The notes: generated by a model from the letters alone, not told the origin. Counted from the whole stretch's first letter, positions 32,197-44,963 are shown. The stretch is 61,095 nucleotides of DNA, filler included, from 14 parts of 14 records of this genome joined end to end with filler, not necessarily neighbours in it; one strand, 5' to 3'. Numbers and translations: made by a program.

Positions 32197-34360
32197 CTAT
32201 ACTGACTCTATCCCAGCAAGATTTCCACCATCAACCCATGCACGAGTAGCTGCCTGCAGCTTGAAGAGATTTTTCCTGTCTAAACGCTCAAGTTGCTTGA
32301 TAACAGCCCGTGCAGTTCCTTTCAGGCTGTTGTCGTTGCCCCGTGGGGAGGGGTAGAGCATCTCAGATTGTGCCAACTCTTGAGCAAAGACTGGGAGCTC
32401 CGCTTTGACTTCAAATCTGCAGCAAATAAACATGAGTTTGATCTGGCAAGGCAGAGAACTCACATTTCTTCCTTGAGGCTTTTGACAGGAGACTCGACTG
32501 GGGCTCTTGCCGGTAGTTCCCGGGGAGACTCCAACTGGCTGCCCCGTGGGGATCTGGGGTCAGCTCCCAGGAATGGGCTTGCTATCTTCTCTGTGCTGAT
32601 GCCTGGCACGCTAGGCTCTGTCATGTTTGCATACGGTAAGGTGAGGTCGAGTTCCCTGGGGGAGCATGCTGGTGTCGTGCCCCAAGAGGGCACATGCTCT
32701 CTCGGGCTTGTGGCCCCGCCCTCTCTGGGGCTTGTAGCTTCACTGTCTGGCTGCTCGGCCGCTGTGAAATCGCACCAATTTTCGAGCTCTGTTGGTCGTA
32801 GAGCTCGTAGCGTCTCAAACTGCTTTGACACCTGTGCCCGAGACAAATACCCAAGCAGGCCAGCTTTCAGCTGTTGAGTTGCAAGCGTCTGCTGTTGTCC
32901 CTGTTTGCGCTGTCGCCGTGTCTTGTACCCCCTCGCTGTCTTTTGAATCATGCACGCTGCTGCAGCATTAATCTGAGCACGGTACATACTGTCATACTCA
33001 CTTTCAGTAGCCACCACCACTTCATCAGGCCCAGAGCTACAGCCAAAATCTGCATAGGTGGACTGTCTTTGCTGTCGTGGTGGGGTCTCTGGTCCCTGAT
33101 GGTTGCTATTGCCAAGCGAGCCACCAAATAGTATCATTTGTGCCGAATGGGGTTGCAGCTCTGGACTTTTGGTCCTCCTGTGGTTCGCCGCATCAGGTGG
33201 TCTGGGCTTGACTGGCCTGCGCTCTGTCGAACGGGCGGACTGGTGCCGCGAAGGTGGATGAAACGTGGCTCTAGTGCCTGTGTCCTCTTGCTCAGTGCCG
33301 AATGGTGTGCGCCCGCTACGCGCAGACAGGTTGCGTGCATTCGACCCACTAGCTGGCCTTGACCTCGCTGGGTTGCTAGGCTGAGCTGGGCGGCCACGGC
33401 GAGTCGAAGCAGGCTGGGCCGTCGCAGGCCGCTGCTGGCGAGCGGGGCGAGCGCTGGTCGGTCGGGCCGGCCGCCATTGCGTGGCTCGGGCCTTGGCGGT
33501 GCTTGGGCGCTTCTTGCGTGGCTTGGATGGCCTCTGAGGCAGCAGGATGCTCGAGTGGTTTCTCTTGGCGTGCTGGTCGCACTTGCGGACCATTAGCTCC
33601 TCGAGGTCGTTCCCGCGCTGCTGGGCTAGTTCGCCCAGAACCTGCTTCCCCATAGCCCGCAGCGACACAGCACACTGCATCCACGCTGCAACAGAGCACC
33701 AGCACTCAGCACCCAGCGGCCTGAGCCAGGCTCACCTGCGGGCAGCAGCACGTGCAGCGACTCCGGAATCTGACTCAGATCCGCAATTTGTCGCATCGCT
33801 CGCCGGTTGTAGACTATCGCCGGCGACTTGGCCCGGATCGCCTGGAACAGTGGCGACGGGGCCGGCTTCTCTAGCTGCTGGATCACCTTGCTCGCCTGCT
33901 CGAGGGCCGAGTGCGGCTTGCCCAGCGTGTTGTGCACCGAGGCTATGTTGAGCCAGGTGGTCAGCCGCCGGCCCAGCTTTTCGGAGGTGTCCAGCTTGAG
34001 CGCGGCCTGGAAGCACTGCAGTGCGCCGTGCAGGTCCCCCTGCAGCTTGCACTCCAGCGCCGCGCTCAGGCTGCGGTCGACCACGTCTGGCCCAGGCGGG
34101 GGCGCCTCCGCGTTGCTGCGCGGGGTGTCGCGCGGCGATCTTGGGTCGAGATCGGACTTGGCGACCCGCGGGCTGGCGAAGGGCGTCATCCATGGGGTGG
34201 AGCCGGTGCTGGAGCCGGACCGGACCGAGATGAGCGACGCGCGGTCGACAGCACGGTCGATGTGCCGGAGCGGGGGCACCGGCCGCGGCGTGTTCTCCCG
34301 CGACGGCTCCGGGCCAGGGATGCCCATCTCGTGCCGGCTCAGCTGCCAAAAGTGCTGCAA
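32197..34360 (-). CDS. TPR- and IQ-motif protein with low-complexity regions, multi-exon
   Basis: TPR-like GDLHGALQCFQAALKL and WLNIASVHNTLGKPHSALE; IQ AAACMIQKTARGYKTRR. Confidence 0.6.
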
Positions 34361-34723
34361 GGACTTGTGTCCATTCCGTTGTATTTTGAGCTGGTGTCCG
34401 TTGTTCGGTCAGTTCAATCCAAAGGTCTGTAGATTTCGAAGGTCTGCCATCTCGCTGGCCGGGTCAGTAAGCGGGCGCAGCGGGTGGGCGTGCGGCCGAT
34501 AGTGGCCCGNNNNNNNNNNNNNNNNNNNNNNNNNNNNNNNNNNNNNNNNNNNNTTAATTAATTAANNNNNNNNNNNNNNNNNNNNNNNNNNNNNNNNNNN
34601 NNNNNNNNNAGGGCCCCGACTTTCTAATAAATGTACTTAGATGCATATAACCACCCTAAGGGTGTCTAGATAGTCTAGCCAACAGGTCAACAAGGCCGCA
34701 CCTGTACATTTCAACTCTTTCGC

Positions 34724-36992
34724 TTATGAGGCGGCAGTCGAGTTGGTTGCGAGCCCTTTCTTCTTGAGCATGAATTCGATAACTGGATCCCGACCGCGGA
34801 ACTTTCGGAACAGCTCAGCCGGGTCCTCTGAGTTGCCTGCCGAGTAAATGTGCTTCCTACACGCTTTTGCGGTCTCTGGGTCGAATATATTGCCAGTCTC
34901 TTTGAAGGCCTCGAACGCATCTGCATCCAGCACCTCCGCCCACAGATACACGTAGTACCCAGCAGCGTAGTGTGAGCTCGAGAACAAGTGCTGGAAATGG
35001 GCTGGCCGGTGCCGCATCACAATCCCTTGAGGCATCCCAAGCCTAGCCAGTTCGGTCTCCTCAAAGGTAGCCAGGTCAAACCCGCTAAAGTCCGTTGTCA
35101 GGTGCATACCCATATCAAGCAGCGCGCAGGCCGTGTACTGCCACCGCAGCTAGTCAGCGCTCAGGCAGAATAAGTGTTATCGGCAGCTGCACAAGCTGTA
35201 CCTCGATTGTAGCAAATCCTTGGTTAAACTCTTGGGCCGCTTTGAGCTTCTTGATCAGCTCGTCGGGGACCGGCTCGCCAGTTTGGTGGTGCAGCGCAAA
35301 CTCCTCAAGAACCTCGGGTTGCTCCAGCCAATGCTCCATTAGCTGCGACGGCAGTTCCACAAAGTCGGTTAGCACGTTGGTGCCTGCGAGCCTGGCGTAG
35401 GTGCAATCGGATAACATGCCGTGATGTCCGTGGCCCATCTCGTGGAAGAGCGTGCTGGCGTCGTCGAACGAGAGCAAGGTCGGATCCCCGCGCGCGAAGT
35501 TATTGTTGTTGCTGATGATTGGGATCTTGAGGATCTCAGGTTGATCGGGTGAAAGGTTCTTTGTCTGTCCTCGGTACTCTGCCACACAAGACATCGTCAG
35601 AGTGCCGGAGCTGCAGGCAGGCTGACCTGACATCCAGGCCCCGGAGGACTTGAACGGCCGGGCAAAGTTGTCCGAAATGAAGATTGCCACTGTCTGGCCG
35701 TTCTCCTTGACTTGATACGCCTTAGCATCAGGGTGGTACAGCTGGATGTCTGGCCGAGGCACGTACTCCAGCCCATAAAGCCTGTTGGATACGGCCATCA
35801 CCGCCCGCGTGACGTTCTCGAGGGTGAGATACGGCTGTCACCCGCAGCCAGTCAGCGCTAGAATGAGTGTCATTAGCAGCTTAGGTGGGTGTACCTTGAG
35901 CAGTGACTCGTCAAAGTCGTATCGCGCCTTCCGGACCTTCTCTGCATAGTAGCGCCAGTCCCAGGGCATGATCCCTCCCTCGAGCTCCACCCCCTCGCTC
36001 TTCACATACTCTTCGAGCGCCGCCCTCTCCCGATCAGCAGACACTTTCGCCTTTGCCCACACTTGCTCCAGCAGATCCATCACAGCCTTTGGCTCTTTCG
36101 CCATCATGTCTTCGCACTGGTAGTGCCCAAAGCTTTCCTTCTCGTGCAGTTTTGCCTGCTCGTGCCGCAGCGCCAGTGCCTCCTGAGCCAGCGGGAGGTT
36201 CGCCCTAGCCGACTCTAGCTCGCCGCGCTTTGTCCAGCCGGCCCAGGCCTTCTCACGCAGGTCCCTTCGATCGGCGAACGTCAGGAACGGTTCGACGATC
36301 GACCGACTCAGCGTGATCACATGAATATCCGGCGCCGGCCGCTTCTGGCCGGCCGCCTTCTCTTCGGCCGCAGTGCGCGCTGCAGCGACCAGGCCTTCGG
36401 GGCAGCCGGCCAGGTCGCCAGCCTCCAACGAGAGCGGCATCTGCCATTCCTCTTCGTCCGCCATCACGTTCTGCGAGAAGGCCGTCTGGATCTCGGCCAA
36501 CCTGGCCATGATCCGTGCGTTCTCGGCCTGCTTCTTGGTGTCAAACTTTGCCCCGTGTCTGCAGAAGTCGGTATAAAGCCGCTCGGTGAGCCGGATCTGC
36601 TCCGGCCCGAGCCCGGCCCGGTTGGCGTGGACCCGCTCGATCTTGGGGAACAGCCCGGCCAGCGTGTAGTACCGGCTGGTGTGCCCGGCCAGCAGTGGGG
36701 CCATCTCGGTCTGAACCGCCTGCATCGGCTCGGTGTTGAGGCTGGAGCATAGGTTGGAGAATACCAGCGAGATCTTGGAGAGCTGGCCACCTGCCCGGTC
36801 CAGCGCAGCTATCACATTGTCAAACCCCGGCTCCGCGGTGTCGTCCACGATCGCCTGGAGCTCGTTCAGCTCTTGGGCCATCGCAGCATCGAAGCCGGGC
36901 CGGAAGTGGCTTGGCTCGATCCGCGCGAAGGGAGGCATCCCGAATTCGGGATCGGAGACCGTCCAGTCCTCGAGCAGCGGGTTGGTGCTCAT
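34724..36992 (-). CDS. M3A metallopeptidase (peptidyl-dipeptidase Dcp / oligopeptidase A-like), 3 introns
   Basis: NPLL, PWDWRYYAEKVR, TLFHEMGHGHH (HExxH), DFVELPSQLMEHW, YAAGYYVYLWAEVLDAD; introns 35835-35894, 35579-35626, 35138-35201. Confidence 0.92.
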
Positions 36993-37106
36993 CCTGCAGC
37001 GCTGAGAGAACACTGAAGCCCGGGCGGTGAGCCGAAGCAAAAGCCGAGCAATGACGGATGCCGAGCTGATGAGTCCGAGCAATTCCGTTACTCAGCGGGC
37101 ACGGGG

Positions 37107-38628
37107 ATGAGAAGAGAAACCCCGATGCGGGTGTGCGCGCAGTGCGGCCAGGCCTTCGGCACGCCGCTGGCCGCACGGGCGCACTCGGCCGAGTGCCGCC
37201 CGGACCCGATGGAGCTGGTCCTGCAGGCCGAGGTCGAGCTCCGGCAGGACCGGCCGGCCCGGGCCCTCGAGCAGACCACCGGCGCGCTCCGGATCGCCCC
37301 GCGGCTCGGCCGGGCCTGGCTGCGGCGGAGCCAGGCGCTCCGGCGACTCGGGCGGTGGGCGGACGGGCTGGCGGCTGTGGAGGAGGGTGAGCGGTGCGGC
37401 GAGTCCCAGGCTATCCGGCTGGAGCGGCAGGCGGTGGAAGAGGGCCTGGCGGCGGTGCTCGAGGCTGTGTCGGGGCTGCTCTCCGGGGGAGGATCGTGCC
37501 TGGCTCAGATGGCCGAGATCGATCCGACCAATCTGACAGCCCGGGTGCAGCTAGCAGCGGCCGACCAGCAGCGGGCTGCGAGCCGGGTCGCGCTGGAGGA
37601 TACTAAGCGGGAGCTGCTTGACTGCAGGGAGCTGGACCGGGCGGACCGGGCGGGGCAGGCACTCGGGCCTCTGGAGCGCCGCCAGCTGAATATACCGCTC
37701 GGAACCGGGCCGAGTAGGGCGGCGCTCGGGGCGCTGCTGCACAGGGCACTGGCGGAGTGCCATGCCGGGCTGGGCGAGAAGGAGGCCGGCGCGGAGGCGA
37801 TGGCCGCAGCCTGCCGGCTCAAGCCGGCTGACCGCGACCTGTGGCAGCGCAGCCTGGAGCTGGCAGGGCAGCTGGATGGCCAGCAGGCCGAGCAGGTGCT
37901 CAGAGAGGCTGTTGAGCTGGGCGTCTGGCCAAGCGCGATGCAGCGGCCGACTCAGTTCGTGCCCGGGCTCACGGCCCGCGCTTGGCATGACTGCGCCCAG
38001 CAGCCAGTCGCTCAGGCGCTCGAAGCCGGGTATAGCGCAGTCAAGCAAGAGCTGCTCACGTTGCTCGGACGGTCGGACGCCTTCGGGGTGTACGATTCAG
38101 TCGCTGTGACCAGTGGCGAGTGGAGCGACGTGACTTTTATTCTAAACGGCAAGGTCGACGGCCCAAACTGCGCCCGGTGCCCGTTGACGGCCGGCCTGTT
38201 GCTCCAGCCGGCAGTTCGTGAGGCCGCCACCAGCTGTGTGCTCGGGTCGGCGTACCTCTCCAAGCTGGCGCCCGGCACACACCTGGCTGCGCACTGTGGG
38301 CCTACCAACGCCAGGCTGCGCTGCCACCTAGGGCTGATTGTGCCGGCCGGGTGCTCTATTCGGGTCGGGCGGGAGTGCAGGACGTGGCGCGAGGGTGAGT
38401 GCATTCTGTTTGATGATAGCTTTGAGCATGAGGTGTGGCATCGAGGCGACTCGGACAGGGTGCTTGTAGTTGTATGCTTTGAGTGCTCATTGTGGACAGG
38501 TCGTGCTCATTGTGGACATCTGGCACCCGGGCCTGATCGGGCGCGAGGCCCGGGCGGCGGCAATCCAAGATCCACACTTAAAAGCGCGGTACGAGGCCAT
38601 TTGCCGAAGTGATCGCTTGCTCGGGTGA
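37107..38628 (+). CDS. TPR-containing aspartyl/asparaginyl beta-hydroxylase-like dioxygenase
   Basis: SKLAPGTHLAAHCGPTNARLRCHLGL, WREGECILFDDSFEHEVWH, R|VVLIVDIWHP after intron 38460-38499. Confidence 0.9.
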
Positions 38629-39235
38629 GAGAGCTGCACTTTTGATCAATCAAAACTAAAACCCCTACGAGCAAGTTGTAATCTTATAGCACCAGTAATC
38701 GTATACAACTAAAAACTAAAAACCAAAGCTTGTTCAAGAGGGCATGGAGCTTGTCGGGATGCAGAGTGGATGCATCTGCTGCACTCTGAGGGGCGACCTC
38801 TTGAAAAGTGTCAAGNNNNNNNNNNNNNNNNNNNNNNNNNNNNNNNNNNNNNNNNNNNNTTAATTAATTAANNNNNNNNNNNNNNNNNNNNNNNNNNNNN
38901 NNNNNNNNNNNNNNNTCGATGCCAGCTGGCGTGGACGCCCGCTTGATTTACTGTTTCGCGAGTGTGTACTTTCGACTCCCGTCGCGTCCCGTCATCCCGT
39001 CATGACATTATGAGACTTTCAAAGTGCAAGCTTCAGCCTGATCCCGGTCCGGCGTGGCGTCTTTTGCTCCATCTTCGCCCGAAGTTATTGCATGTGAGCC
39101 ATTGCAAAGCCTGGCATCGTATGTGAGCGGGACGACAGTTCACGTCGAGTCGAGTCTCACAGAGCAAACTCCTGCACAATGCCCTGCTGCCGCAGTGCCG
39201 CCCTGTGTCTGCTATAGTAACATGCCGCGCTGGTG

Positions 39236-40084
39236 ATGTTCAAGCTGAACACGCCCGCCGGCTGGTCGGCTCCGGGGCTGGATCCGCGGTTCAGCGCGCC
39301 GGTCCGGCTCAACGCGTACGAGCGGCATCAGCAGCTGATGAAACACTACGGGCGCGGGAAGGTGGAGCCGCTCCCACCGGTGACCACCGACGCTGACGTA
39401 CTTCGGGAAAGCTTCCGGTTCATCCGGGACGACAAGGCAGACATGGCCGCGGAGGATCAGTACCGCGTGACCATGGCCCGCCGGTATTACGCGAAGCTGT
39501 TTAAAGAGTATTGCCTGGCCGACATGAGCCTGTACCGCGAGGGCAAGGTGGGGCTGCGCTGGCGGACCCAAGAGGAGGTGGTGTACGGCAAGGGTCACTT
39601 TGTGTGCGGGAACAAGCAGTGCAAGGACTGGCGGGCCCTCCGGAGCTTCGAGGTGCCCTTCAGGTACAAAGAGGCCGGCGAGAGCAAGAGCGCCCTGGTC
39701 AAGCTTCGGGTATGCCCGGAGTGCGCGTTCAAACTAAACTACACCAAGCTTAAAAATCTGCCCAAGGAGCGGTACCAGCAACTCAAGCAGGTCCTGATGC
39801 AGGCCAAGCAGCGCGGCGCCTACCTGGCCGATCTGGAGCCTGAGGCCGCCCAGCCAGCGCAACGAGCCGCCGAGCCGCCGAAGAGGGAGCAACCAGAGGA
39901 GGAGCAGCCAGCCGCCAAGCGGCAGAAGCCGGATGATGACTGCGACTGGGGCAAGAAGCCTGAGCCTGAGCCGGAGCCTGCAGTGGTGGTGGAGGGGGGC
40001 GAGGCGCTGTGGCAGCAAGCGCCCAAGCTGGAGAAGACGGCCGACGACGAGTTCGATGAATATTTTGAAGGCATGTTCCCCTAG
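39236..40084 (+). CDS. FRA10AC1: FRA10AC1 homolog
   Basis: YYAKLFKEYCLADMSLY, GLRWRT.EEVV.GKG.F.CGNK.C, SFEVPF.Y.E.GE.KSALVKLRVCPEC..KLNY. Confidence 0.92.
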   Translation: MFKLNTPAGWSAPGLDPRFSAPVRLNAYERHQQLMKHYGRGKVEPLPPVTTDADVLRESFRFIRDDKADMAAEDQYRVTMARRYYAKLFKEYCLADMSLYREGKVGLRWRTQEEVVYGKGHFVCGNKQCKDWRALRSFEVPFRYKEAGESKSALVKLRVCPECAFKLNYTKLKNLPKERYQQLKQVLMQAKQRGAYLADLEPEAAQPAQRAAEPPKREQPEEEQPAAKRQKPDDDCDWGKKPEPEPEPAVVVEGGEALWQQAPKLEKTADDEFDEYFEGMFP

Positions 40085-40394
40085 CAACCAGATCCGCTGG
40101 CGAGAGTGACTGCATGCACACGGAGGCCTATCTAGAGCTCTCCGAATTGTGGTTGCTCCAATTATAAGCTAAATTCAGTAGTTATCGTCCAATTATAACT
40201 TAAACTCCAAAGTATCTCTCGTCCTTCCATGCGATACTCTCATCAAGCTGATACTCTCACCAAGAATTTATCGATGAAGGCATCATCTACACGTACGGTG
40301 CCGCAGTATGCGAGTACATATGCTGCAAAGTGCGCTTCAGTCCTTTCTCCCGGCCAACTCGAAGTGACGGGCGCAGGAGAAGCGTCGGCAAATA

Positions 40395-41690
40395 ATGCCG
40401 TTCCTGCGGCCGGAGATGAAGCCGGACATCTGCCGGCTCCGGCCAGTCCGACCCACCACCCGCCCGACCCCGCCCAAGCCGCGCGCCGGCCGGCCGGGGC
40501 TGCTCCAGCTCTACAGGCAGTCGTGCCGCACCCCGGCCGGCTCGGCTCGGACAGTCCAGACCGCCTGGCGGGGCCGACGGGAGCGCACTCGGCTGCAACG
40601 GCAGCGGCAGGCGGCCACCGCCGTGCAGAGCGCCTACAGAGGGCTCTGCGCCCGGCGCCACGCCAACAGGCTGCGGCCAGTCGTGCGGGAGGCTGTAGCC
40701 ACACTGCAGCGCAGCGCGTGGGCCAAGGCGGGCAGGGAGGACTCGCGTGCGCTGGCCGAGTTGCTGTCGGGCGAGACGCGGAGCGGCGCCCCAGCCACGG
40801 TGTGACCCGGGGCGGCCGGCGACGATGCCGGGGGCAGCCGGCGGTGATGGCCAGCCGGTTGCTCCGTCTCTCGCTGTCGGCAGAGGCCAAGGCGGCCGTG
40901 CTGGCCCGGCTGGTAGCCGAACACGGGCCGGCAGTGGCGGCGGAGGCGGTGGGGCCGGTGGAGCTACCGGAGCACCCGGAGACGTTGCAGCTGGCCGGAG
41001 TGATGCGCAGCGCAGTCCCGTCGGCTCCAGCTGAAGCGGTGTGGGCACTGCATCGGTGGGCAGCCCCTGCCAGCCTCAAGGCGCTGTTCATAGACCAGAT
41101 GGTGGCCCATCCGCAGCTGCACGCCGAGATGGCCTGGGCGTTGGTAGCTGGCCCGGTGGCCAGGCTCAGCCGCGTGCAGGTGGGCAGCTGCGAGGCTGGG
41201 CCCGGGGCTGAGCGCTTCAGCTTCAACTGGGGTAAGAGCGAGCGGGCCAGGGTAGCTGAGCTGGGCCGCTACTCGCACCGCGGTGGGCTAACAGCCAGGT
41301 GCGCGGTGCGTGGTAGCTGCCTCACTGGGCCTGGTCAGTCACTTGGAGCGGGCGATGGGCTCAGGCGATCTTGAGGCGGTTCGGGCAGCGTGTGCAGCGC
41401 TGCAGGAGCGAGCTGACGGCTCGATGGGCCGTGCCAAACTAGAGAACCTGCTGACTGGAGGAGAGCGCCCGCTGACCGGCCCGGTGCTGGCGGAGCTGAT
41501 CCGAGCCGGGTTAGATCCTGGAGGACGCGTATGCTCGGAGGTGCCTGCTGACCAGAGGGGCGCGACGGGGTGGCAGAGACTAGCGGGATGGCTGTGCGAC
41601 GAGCTGTCGGGGCTAGTGGGCAACCAGGACCACGCCACTGAGCCAGCGCAAGCACCAGCGCTGGGGCAAGCGGCTGACGCACTGACATGA
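40395..41690 (+). CDS. IQ-motif protein, multi-exon
   Basis: ARTVQTAWRG and ATAVQSAYRG IQ motifs; 38-40-nt introns join three ORF segments. Confidence 0.6.
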
Positions 41691-41812
41691 CATACACGAA
41701 TTGTGTTAAATCTTGAAATACCGTAGTACTAAAAAAGTATATGTACATGTATGCGGCTACAATGGACTGAATCAATAATCAGTATTGAAAGTAACGTAAT
41801 TCCGGGCGGGTA

Positions 41813-42067
41813 TTAACAGACATACCCGGGCGTGCACGGACTTGGCATGGGACTTGGGGGTGCATCGTCGGACGAGGTCTGGAGCAAAAGCAAGGCGTTC
41901 TTCTCTTTCGGAATCATCCCGCACACCGTTTCGGCGACTTTCTCTTTGGTCAGTACTTGCTCCATGAGCTCGAGCAGGCTTGCCACGCCTTTCCGGACCG
42001 CTCCATTCACAAAGGTTGTCAGCTTATCCTCAATAGGCTGAAGCAGTCCTTGCAGTCCGCCCAATTT
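41813..42067 (-). CDS. Terminal exon of an unknown gene
   Basis: KLGGLQGLLQPIEDKL... preceded by a ..GACAG acceptor. Confidence 0.45.
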   Translation of the reverse strand, partial: KLGGLQGLLQPIEDKLTTFVNGAVRKGVASLLELMEQVLTKEKVAETVCGMIPKEKNALLLLQTSSDDAPPSPMPSPCTPGYVC

Positions 42068-42069
42068 CT

Positions 42070-42115
42070 GTCTAGACCGGTCCACGCACCTACCTGGACC
42101 GGTCTAGACCGGTCC
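42070..42115. repeat. Nested palindrome / inverted repeat at a contig end
   Basis: GTCTAGACCGGTCCA / TGGACCGGTCTAGAC arms, and a perfect 20-nt palindrome GGACCGGTCTAGACCGGTCC. Confidence 0.85.
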
Positions 42116-42271
42116 NNNNNNNNNNNNNNNNNNNNNNNNNNNNNNNNNNNNNNNNNNNNTTAATTAATTAANNNNNNNNNNNNNNNNNNNNNNNNNNNNN
42201 NNNNNNNNNNNNNNNAGCCCGCGGCATCCAGCCACAGGCCGGCCAAGGCGCGCCGGTGGCCTGCCGAGGGC

Positions 42272-44685
42272 GTGATTTATGGGCAGGAGGTAGACTCAGG
42301 TAACACGCCGACGCCGCAGTCCAGGATACCCCGGCCCGGCTCCCGGAGCGTTACGCCGGCCGGAGACGAGAGCGTTGTGGAGCAGATGAAGCGGCGGCTG
42401 CGGAAAGTCAAAGAACGAGCCGGGGCGCAGCAGCAGCGGGCAGCGGGTATGGAGTCAGCCGAGCTGGACCGGGCGCAGGCTGACCTAAAGCAGCCGCCCT
42501 GGGACAGCCGCCAGCCGGGCTCAACTGGCAGCCCCAAGCAGCCGTTTAGTCTCCGCCAGCCTAGCAAGCGAAAGACGTACTATGGCGATAGGATAGCTCT
42601 CTGGCGAGAGGACCCCATAAGAGCCGGTGCCTGGCCCGTCCCGCTGCCCCATGCTCACTGTTTATGACACAGGCTCTACTCATGGCGAGACCCCGGCACC
42701 CGAGCCCGAGCCTCCACGCAGCCGGAGTCCTCGTTCCCCAGCGAGCCCAAACAGCTTGTTTCATCAAAATCCAACCACTGGGTACATTCGGGCACCCTCG
42801 CCTCTCGGGATCGGCTCTCCGCAATCCCCGCTGGAGATTGAGCGAGCAGCCGAGACGACCGAGATGCTCTGGAACCCGTTTGATAGCCCGGAGGCTCGAG
42901 CTGTGGATCAGAACGAGCTTGCAGAACAGCTGGCGATTGCAATCCAGCAGCGCGACCAGTCTCTAGCCGACCTGGAGCGCGAGCGGGCAGAGTTCGAGAA
43001 GGTGTTTAGCCGGACCGAGTCGTTTGTGGGCAACGTGGTCAGCGAGCGCGACCAGCTTCTGGCGCAGAAAGAGCAGCTTGAAAGTGAGAAGCTCCAGTTG
43101 ACGATTCAGCTCGAGATGATCCAACCAGGTGGCAGCCAGACCCCAACCAGCCGCTCAAGGCAAACCAGCCCCAAATCGGCTGCTGGCAGCCATGGTGTGG
43201 ACGGCGGGATTGGCAAATATATCAAAGATGGGCCGAGCAAGCGCAAGGTTCGGACCATGGCGGCATTCAAGCTGATCAACCGGCGCAAGGAGGGGCTCTT
43301 GACACGCGCTGAGTTGATACGAATCATTCAGACCGACTCGGAGGTGCGCGAGTTGCTGGGGCTGGACCAGCACGAGCCTCCTGATATAGATCCAGCTGAG
43401 TGTGGCTCGGATGCCGTGAGTTGGGAGGAGTTTGCTGCACTGTTTGACTTGGACTTGAGCTCCAACCGCAGAGACTTTGGCACCTCCCCGATGCGAGCTG
43501 TCAGCTCTCCCACGTCACCGGGCCCAACCAGTCCTAGTAGAACGCCAGCGAGGAGTTATGCCAGCCCGCCAGGATCGGCCGGGCTGTCGCGATCGGCTGC
43601 GATGGAAAACATCTTGGGCGATTTGAATGAAGTTCAGGCAGGCTTGGAGCGGATGCTGAATGTGGAGAAGAGCTTCGAGTTGACCAACAGCGGGCATGTA
43701 CTGCAGCAGCTCGATGAAGTGCCCTTAGACCCACCTGAGTGCCCTTCTCCGGTACAGGCAGAAAAGTTTGCCCAGGCCATTGCAAAGCTGCAAAAGCATG
43801 TTCAGGCAAATCCAGCCAATCATCCAAGCTCTTTGGTGCACACCAAGCCAGCCGTGGATGCAATCTCCAGAGTCTCAGATCTGTCTCCAGAGGCAGGGCT
43901 GACCTGGTCTACATCTTCTGATCCTGCTCTTCTGTTCCAGGAGTCCCAGAGTGCTCCCATGTCGCCTGTGTTCGACCAACTCAAGGTGCTCCTCTCTAGC
44001 TCCTCGCTGACTCTTAATGACCCGGGTGCAGGCCCAGCACGACGAAGCAATGGCTAAGCTCGACCGACTCCAGCGCACGCTGCCAGCTGTCGGACTCAGG
44101 CCATTGCTTGATCGTGATCACTCCAGCGCACAGATGTCGGGAGCGAGTCCTGACGCACTCTCATGGTCCAGCCCTGCCAGGAGCAGAACTCGCCCGAGGC
44201 CCGGCGATGACGGCTCTTCGCATCGTCAAATAGACCAAATGATCCGTGCGGCGCAGCAGTCCACTGCAGCAGCTCTTCGGAACGCCGAGCGTGCGCATAG
44301 AAAAGCGTCGCGCAGCCTTGAAAGTGTCTTTATGGGCACAGAGCGCTTTGAGTCACAGCCGCGGACATCGGCGAGTGTGAGTGCTGCTCGCCGACGTCTC
44401 AGCAACTTATATCAGCAGATTGATAGCAGTGAGGGTGGGGTGGACCAAGTAGGAGGTGATGTGCCTGAATCTGCATCAAAACTTAGGATTGATTTGACAG
44501 GATGGATTCGGAATGGCAGCTTGAGTCCGGTTGGGACCGTCTACACGCCATCTTATACTTTAGATGACTCGATGCTGAGCGACGTCGATGATTATAACTC
44601 GCGAATGAGCAAGCAGCTGATCCGCCGGTCCAAGCGCGAGGTTCGTAGATCAAAATCATTTCTTCAGGGCTTGAAACCTCGATGA
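42272..44685 (+). CDS. Coiled-coil, S/P-rich protein with a degenerate EF-hand pair, multi-exon
   Basis: Three consecutive ORFs; AFKLINRRKEGLLTRAEL..VSWEEF. Confidence 0.6.
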
Positions 44686-44963
44686 CGCTGAGCCGCCCGC
44701 AGATAGCCCGCAGAGTGGTCCAGGATGCTCATGATTTGTGTTTGATTTGTGGTTAGCGCTACATTATTTGTGGTTACAGTGTACACTGTAAGTATGGTGT
44801 GGCTAGCTGAAACTAGATTATTAGACAACTGACTTAATACTTTACAACCCTTTGCCTACCTTCTGGACAGTTCAAAGAATGTGCGAAGTGATTTGTTGCG
44901 TAATTTGTTGCGTTTTAGTACATGCGCCGGTTTTACGCCGGTTTGGAATAAGAGTTATGGCTT

